Below, one piece after another: positions 8,154-12,730 of a DNA stretch of 12,730 nucleotides (position 1 is the first letter of the stretch; each line of letters starts with the position of its first letter). The notes beneath the pieces were generated by a model. It did not search any database. It had not been told where the DNA came from and saw nothing but the letters and a program-made list of their open reading frames with translations. Location: the NCBI GenBank assembly GCA_051294375.1, contig CM119269.1, positions 23,030,934-23,043,663 of the forward strand. Reading direction: 5' to 3'. A program made the position numbers and the translations under genes. The stretch is from Paraspadella gotoi (taxonomy: Eukaryota > Animalia > Chaetognatha).

Positions 8154-8469
8154 CTGGTCGATGATATCACTTTTAAAGGGAAGAAAGAGCGAGAGAGAGA
8201 TGATGTTTTTGGCAAAAAGACTTTTTGGGGTCATAAGAAGGGGAAGGGAGATAATCAGTCGAGAGAGTATGGGTTGCGCGCCATATTGGTATGAAATAAT
8301 GTGGGATCAGAATGGAACAGTATGGATCTATGGGAGAGAACTCTTTAATAATATTATGGGATATCAAGATGCTAGGTAGACAGACTTTGTATGTTGGAAC
8401 TGTGGAATTTGGTTTTAAGAATAATTTTGTGCATTGCTTTTAGGCTATTTCGATACTTGTACTACAACA

Positions 8470-8724
8470 GTATTTCCCAATCTAATACGTGGTCCTTTTA
8501 TACAATTGAGACATTCTTTAAAGTATTATACCACTTCATAGATAGGGAAACCAGTTACTCTGGGAGTGAATAAACTCGACTGTGAGAGAGTCTTGATTGA
8601 AAGCTTGCAGGGACCAGCTATGTAATTATCTTGTAAGATTGATGGAGGCCTTAAACCACCAAAGCCTGTCTAAAGTAACGTCAGGGGCAAGATAGCTCAT
8701 TTATTAAATGAATGAATAATTATA
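8470..8724 (-). mobile_element. Family A copy, inverted, in intron 5 (cleanest copy)
   Basis: The reverse complement reads ATTCATTTAATAAATGAGCTATCTTGCCCCTGAC..GACAGGCTTTGGTGGTTTAAGGCCTCCATCAATCTTACAAGATAATTACATAGCTGGTCCCTGCAAGCTTTCAATCAAGACTC..TTTATTCACTCCCAGAGTAACTGGTTTCCC..AAAGAATGTCTCAATTGTATAAAAGGACCAC, collinear with 1400-1655. Confidence 0.9.
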
Positions 8725-8871
8725 CATATGTGATATCAATTTTATGCTGTCGGGATTTATGCTAATGTTTGTCTTTTTTAATAGAAAAGCAACAAAGATG
8801 TTTAGTTAAAAGTGGCTGAGGGACATTTTGAAAATTTGGCCGTTGGCTAAGAGGAGGAAAAATGGCATCAA

Positions 8872-9229
8872 AAGAGAATGGAAATGAAAAAGGGAAGAGG
8901 GAGAGAGAGAGGGGGAGAGAGATGGAGGAAGAAGGAAGAGGGAGGAAAGAGGGAGGAGAAGGAGGAAAGTGGGAGGGATGATAGGAGAAAATAGAAATGA
9001 GGGAATTAAGAGGAGGAAGAGGAGGAGAAAGAAGGAGGAGGAAGAAGGAGAGGAAGAAGAGGAAGAAGGTGGAGGAAAGAGAAGAGAGAAAAGGAGAAAG
9101 AGACAGAGGAGGAAGGAGAGAATCAGAAAGACGAGGAAGAAAAGGAAGAAGAGAGGAAGGAGAAGAGCGAGAGGAAAGTAAAAGGGATAAATTACAGGAC
9201 GAAGGGGAGGAGAAAGAAGAGAGAGCGAG
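8872..9229. repeat. Polypurine low-complexity tract (GGA/GAA)
   Basis: Almost entirely A/G on the + strand. Confidence 0.9.
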
Positions 9230-9383
9230 TCTTATTTAAATATTTAACTCACTTTTGTTGGAAGGCGAAAAGTGAATTAATGAATCGAGTTTAAAAAAAA
9301 CCTGGAGACTTTTTTTTTTCATTGGCGCAATTAAGGAAAACAAGGAAAAAATAAAGGAAAAGATTAAAATGAAATATTGAAAA

Positions 9384-9415
<32 letters not shown>

Positions 9416-10161
9416 AAGGCTTCATTAACATATTATTTCTCATTCGTTTCCAATTTCTTCTTTTTTTCACCTTTTTTCTGTTTTTAGCGACTCTAGAAGT
9501 TACTTTTTTGGTCTGTCGGTCTGTTTAATTTATATTTAAAACGTGAATATTACTGCATTATTTTAGTTAAAATTTGGTGGCATATTAATATACTATAAGT
9601 TGTTTAAAATGTATATATTTTTAACATGTAACAAGAATATCTGAAAGGGCGAATTTATATCCATTAAAGTTAATACGGCATAATTCATAATATATCAAAT
9701 GATTTTAATATTAAACATATGCTTTTTATTTGAGTCGTCAAAAAAGCGTTACTACTTACTACTAAATGTATATGAAGTTTAGATCATATATTATATGTAT
9801 ATGTATATGTATATTATATATATGTTATTTTAGTTAATTCTTTGCAAAAAAGTGAATAACCGTAAGAAACATATAATTATATGATTAATTGAATATATAA
9901 AAAATAAATCTCGTAGTAAAAGATTTTCTTTTCTTTTCTTTTTTATTTTCTCTTATTTTCTCTTTTCTTTTCTTTCTCTTATATTTTCTCTTCTCTTTCA
10001 CTTTTATTAACACCTTCTCCCCCTATATAATTGTACTACAACTCTAAATGTTGGCAAAATAAATTGATAAATTGAGTTTGAAATTTTCTTTAAAAAGTTC
10101 ATTTAATTTTTATGATGGTATCAATAAGAAAATTGACAAATATGTTCGAGGGAAGGTCTAG

Positions 10162-10278
<117 letters not shown>

Positions 10279-10882
10279 GTGACGCTGTCACAAACCGGAG
10301 ATAAAAAGACATTTTTTAATTGTCATGTAACTTAATTACAAACTTCGTAACAAGAAAAAGGAGGAGAAAATAAAATTAAAATGTCATGAATTTTATTCTT
10401 ATTTTTTCTCTTTTAAACTTAAAAAAAAGAAAGACTTTGCTTTTTAAATTGAGTAAATGATCAGAATTCTTTGTTAAAAAAGTTTTTCGTTGAAAAACCT
10501 TTTTTTTTAATTGTGATACAATTGTTCGTCTATTTTATTTCTAAACGATTTAAACGCTCGTTATAATCAATTAATTTCATTGTTTAACTTTGACTAAAAG
10601 TTTTAGAATTATTTTGATTAAATTCGAACGCAGCTGACAATTTAATTACCTTAAATGTCAGAGAATTTTCCTTTTTGAGTAAAAAATAAATTTCTTTCTT
10701 TTTTGACTCTAGAACCAAATTCGCTTCTAACTTTTGTTTTTTTATTCTCGTGATTTTATTTTGTAGGTTTTAAGTTCAAATGTGTAAAACCAAAGTTAAA
10801 AACAAACAAACAAAAGTCAATTTTAGAAAATCGAAAAAAAAAATGTTCAAGAAAGCAAAAATAAAGAAAAGAAAGAAAGAAT

Positions 10883-11152
10883 AAACGCCCGTATTTTCTT
10901 AAAACGATCTATTACATCTTAAAATCGGAATTAAGTTAATTTTCTGGTTTAATATTAAGATTAAAAATTAACTTATATATTAGGTTTAGGATTAGTGTTA
11001 AGGTTGGGGTTAAAGATAGGGTAATGCCATAACTTTTACTATAACTTATGGCATAACTTATGTGTTTAAAAAAAAATAAGATTAAATATTAAGGTTAAAA
11101 TCAACCTCAATCATTTAGAAACGGAAATGAGTCGCGTTCGGAAAAGAGAGCC
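10883..11152 (-). mobile_element. Second, shorter family B copy in opposite orientation, in intron 5
   Basis: 11119-11151 matches the reverse complement of 4788-4820 at 26/33. It has an internal TTAGG-like array at 10980-11022, ATGGCATAACTT (cf. AAGTTATTGCCAT at 5090) and ATATTAAGGTTAAAAT (cf. ATTTTAACCTTAATAT at 5225). The other end, AAACGCCCGTATTTT..ACGATCT near 10883, is degraded. Confidence 0.6.
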
Positions 11153-11276
11153 GAAAAAAGAGACTTTTAATCGAGTGTTAAAACAAAAAGCTGAAACATC
11201 GAAAAAAAAATTAAAAAGAAAGAACAAAAAAGTATGAAAACAAATAAAAAAGTTTGGGAAAGAAAAAGAAAAAAGG

Positions 11277-11307
11277 GAGAGAGAGAGAGAGAGGGAGAGA
11301 GAGAGAG

Positions 11308-11355
<48 letters not shown>

Positions 11356-12057
11356 CGAAGAGAAAAGAGAGAGAAGAGAACAAAAGAATTTAAAAGGAAA
11401 ATGTTGAGTTGGATTTCGTGAATCCGTCGAGTTTTTCCCTGTGAATTTTTTTTTAGATTTAATTTTCGGTTTAGCCGATGATTTTTTTCGATTCTGTTAG
11501 TTTTAGTTCCATATTTGTTTTGTCAGTACGCGTTGTTTGTTTAATTTTCCTTTATCTTACTTTCTTAAATCTGACTGTTGGCGCGAATTGGATCTTATGA
11601 AGTCATCAATCAATCAACAATCAATCAATCAAATTATTAATGCAATGATCAATGCATCATATCATGCAATCAATCATCAAATGCATCAAATCATCAAAGT
11701 GCAGTCAATCACATCAATCAATCTCAATCAATCAATCAATCAAATCAATGATTAATCATCATTGCAATACAATCGATCAAATTCAAATGTCCNNNNNNNN
11801 NNNNNNNNNNNNNNNNNAGAGAGAGAGAGAGATACAAAGAAAAAGAGAGAAAAACATTTAAAAGGAAATGTTGAGTTGGAATTTCGTGAATCGCGAGTTT
11901 TTCCTGTGAATTTTTTTTTAGATTTAATTTTCGGTTGCGATGATTTTTTTCGATTCTGTTAGTTTTAGTCATATTTGTTGGTCAGTAGCGTTTGTTTGTT
12001 TAATTTTCTTTTATCTTACTTCTTAAATCTGACTGTTGGCGCGATTGATCTATGAAG

Positions 12058-12089
<32 letters not shown>

Positions 12090-12345
12090 NNNNNNNNNNN
12101 NNNNNNNNNNNNNNNNNNNNNNNNNNNNNNNNNNNNNNNNNNNNNNNNNNNNNNNNNNNNNNNNNNNNNNNNNNNNNNNNNNNNNNNNNNNNNNNNNNNN
12201 NNNNNNNNNNNNNNNNNNNNNNNNNNNNNNNNNNNNNNNNNNNNNNNNNNNNNNNNNNNNNNNNNNNNNNNNNNNNNNNNNNNNNNNTCAATCAATCAAT
12301 CAATCAATCAATCAATGTAATCAATCATTCAATACAATCGATCAA
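11277..12345 (+). other. Direct duplication flanking a 25-N gap; probable assembly artefact
   Basis: 11389-11605 matches 11857-12060. Both are preceded by (GA)n and followed by (TCAA)n and CAATACAATCGATCAA. N gaps lie at 11793-11817 and 12090-12287. Confidence 0.85.
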
Positions 12346-12353
12346 TCAATAAT

Positions 12354-12386
<33 letters not shown>

Positions 12387-12476
12387 AATTCAATCCATCA
12401 GTCAATAATTCATTCAATCAATCAAACAATCAATAAAATCACTCAATCAATCAATCCATCAATCAATCAATCAATC
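12058..12476. repeat. (TCAA)n microsatellite, with a 198-N gap, at the 3' end of intron 5
   Basis: Directly visible; abuts the polypyrimidine tract of exon 6. Confidence 0.9.
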
Positions 12477-12494
12477 TCTCTCTCTCCCCCACAG

Positions 12495-12720
12495 GCCGCA
12501 AATCGGGCGGGGTCTGCCTCAACTGCCGCCACAACACCGCGGGTCGCAATTGTCATTATTGCAAGGAAGGTTATTTTCGCGACAGAACAAAGAAGATCAC
12601 TCACCGCAACGCGTGCAAGGCCTGCGGCTGCCATCCCGTCGGCGCCTCTGGCAAGACTTGCAATCAGACCAACGGACAATGTCCCTGCAAGGACGGCGTC
12701 ACGGGGATCACTTGCAATCG
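12495..12720 (+). CDS. netrin: Netrin coding exon 6: rest of LE2 and most of LE3; gene continues beyond the window
   Basis: Acceptor CCCCCACAG|GC. Translates [76 protein letters not shown]. Donor CG|GTGAGG at 12721 is phase 2. The C-terminal NTR/C345C domain is not in the window. Confidence 0.96.
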
Positions 12721-12730
12721 GTGAGGGAGG

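Noticed and set aside
2140-9229. Polypyrimidine tract (2140-2870) and polypurine tract (8872-9229) as an inverted repeat pair
   Set aside because: Only short matches exist (e.g. CCTTCCTCCTGCAATT vs CCTTCGTCCTGTAATT), which can arise by chance in two-letter low-complexity sequence.
8969-9239. Lys/Arg/Glu-rich ORFs
   Set aside because: They are translations of a purine-only tract. Exons 5 and 6 join seamlessly (LSG-RKSGG), so no netrin exon is missing.
11537-12408. SINQ-repeat ORFs
   Set aside because: They are translations of the (TCAA)n microsatellite and N gaps.

Overview
Eukaryotic (metazoan) AT-rich genomic DNA from a gapped draft assembly. It holds the 5' part of a netrin gene (netrin-1/UNC-6 family) on the + strand. 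Six coding exons were assembled by hand: 4507-4759, 5456-5937, 6142-6243, 7033-7243, 7476-7622 and 12495-12720. They are joined by GT-AG introns in compatible phases and give 473 codons: signal peptide, laminin N-terminal (VI) domain, LE1, LE2 and most of LE3. The gene continues past the window end. The non-coding DNA contains a ~370-bp repeat family (a tandem array upstream plus intronic copies in both orientations), a TIR-bounded element with telomere-like CCTAA repeats that fills most of intron 1 and recurs inverted in intron 5, a tRNA-derived SINE-like head, many (GA)n and (GATT)n/(AATC)n microsatellites, and a motif-rich putative promoter/5'UTR. There are clear signs of long-read gap-filling artefacts. 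I found no convincing wholly new system. The best leads are the RNA-pairing architecture of the introns, the unusual netrin N-terminus and LE2 basic patch, and two unnamed repeat families. Most ORFs in the track are spurious microsatellite translations.
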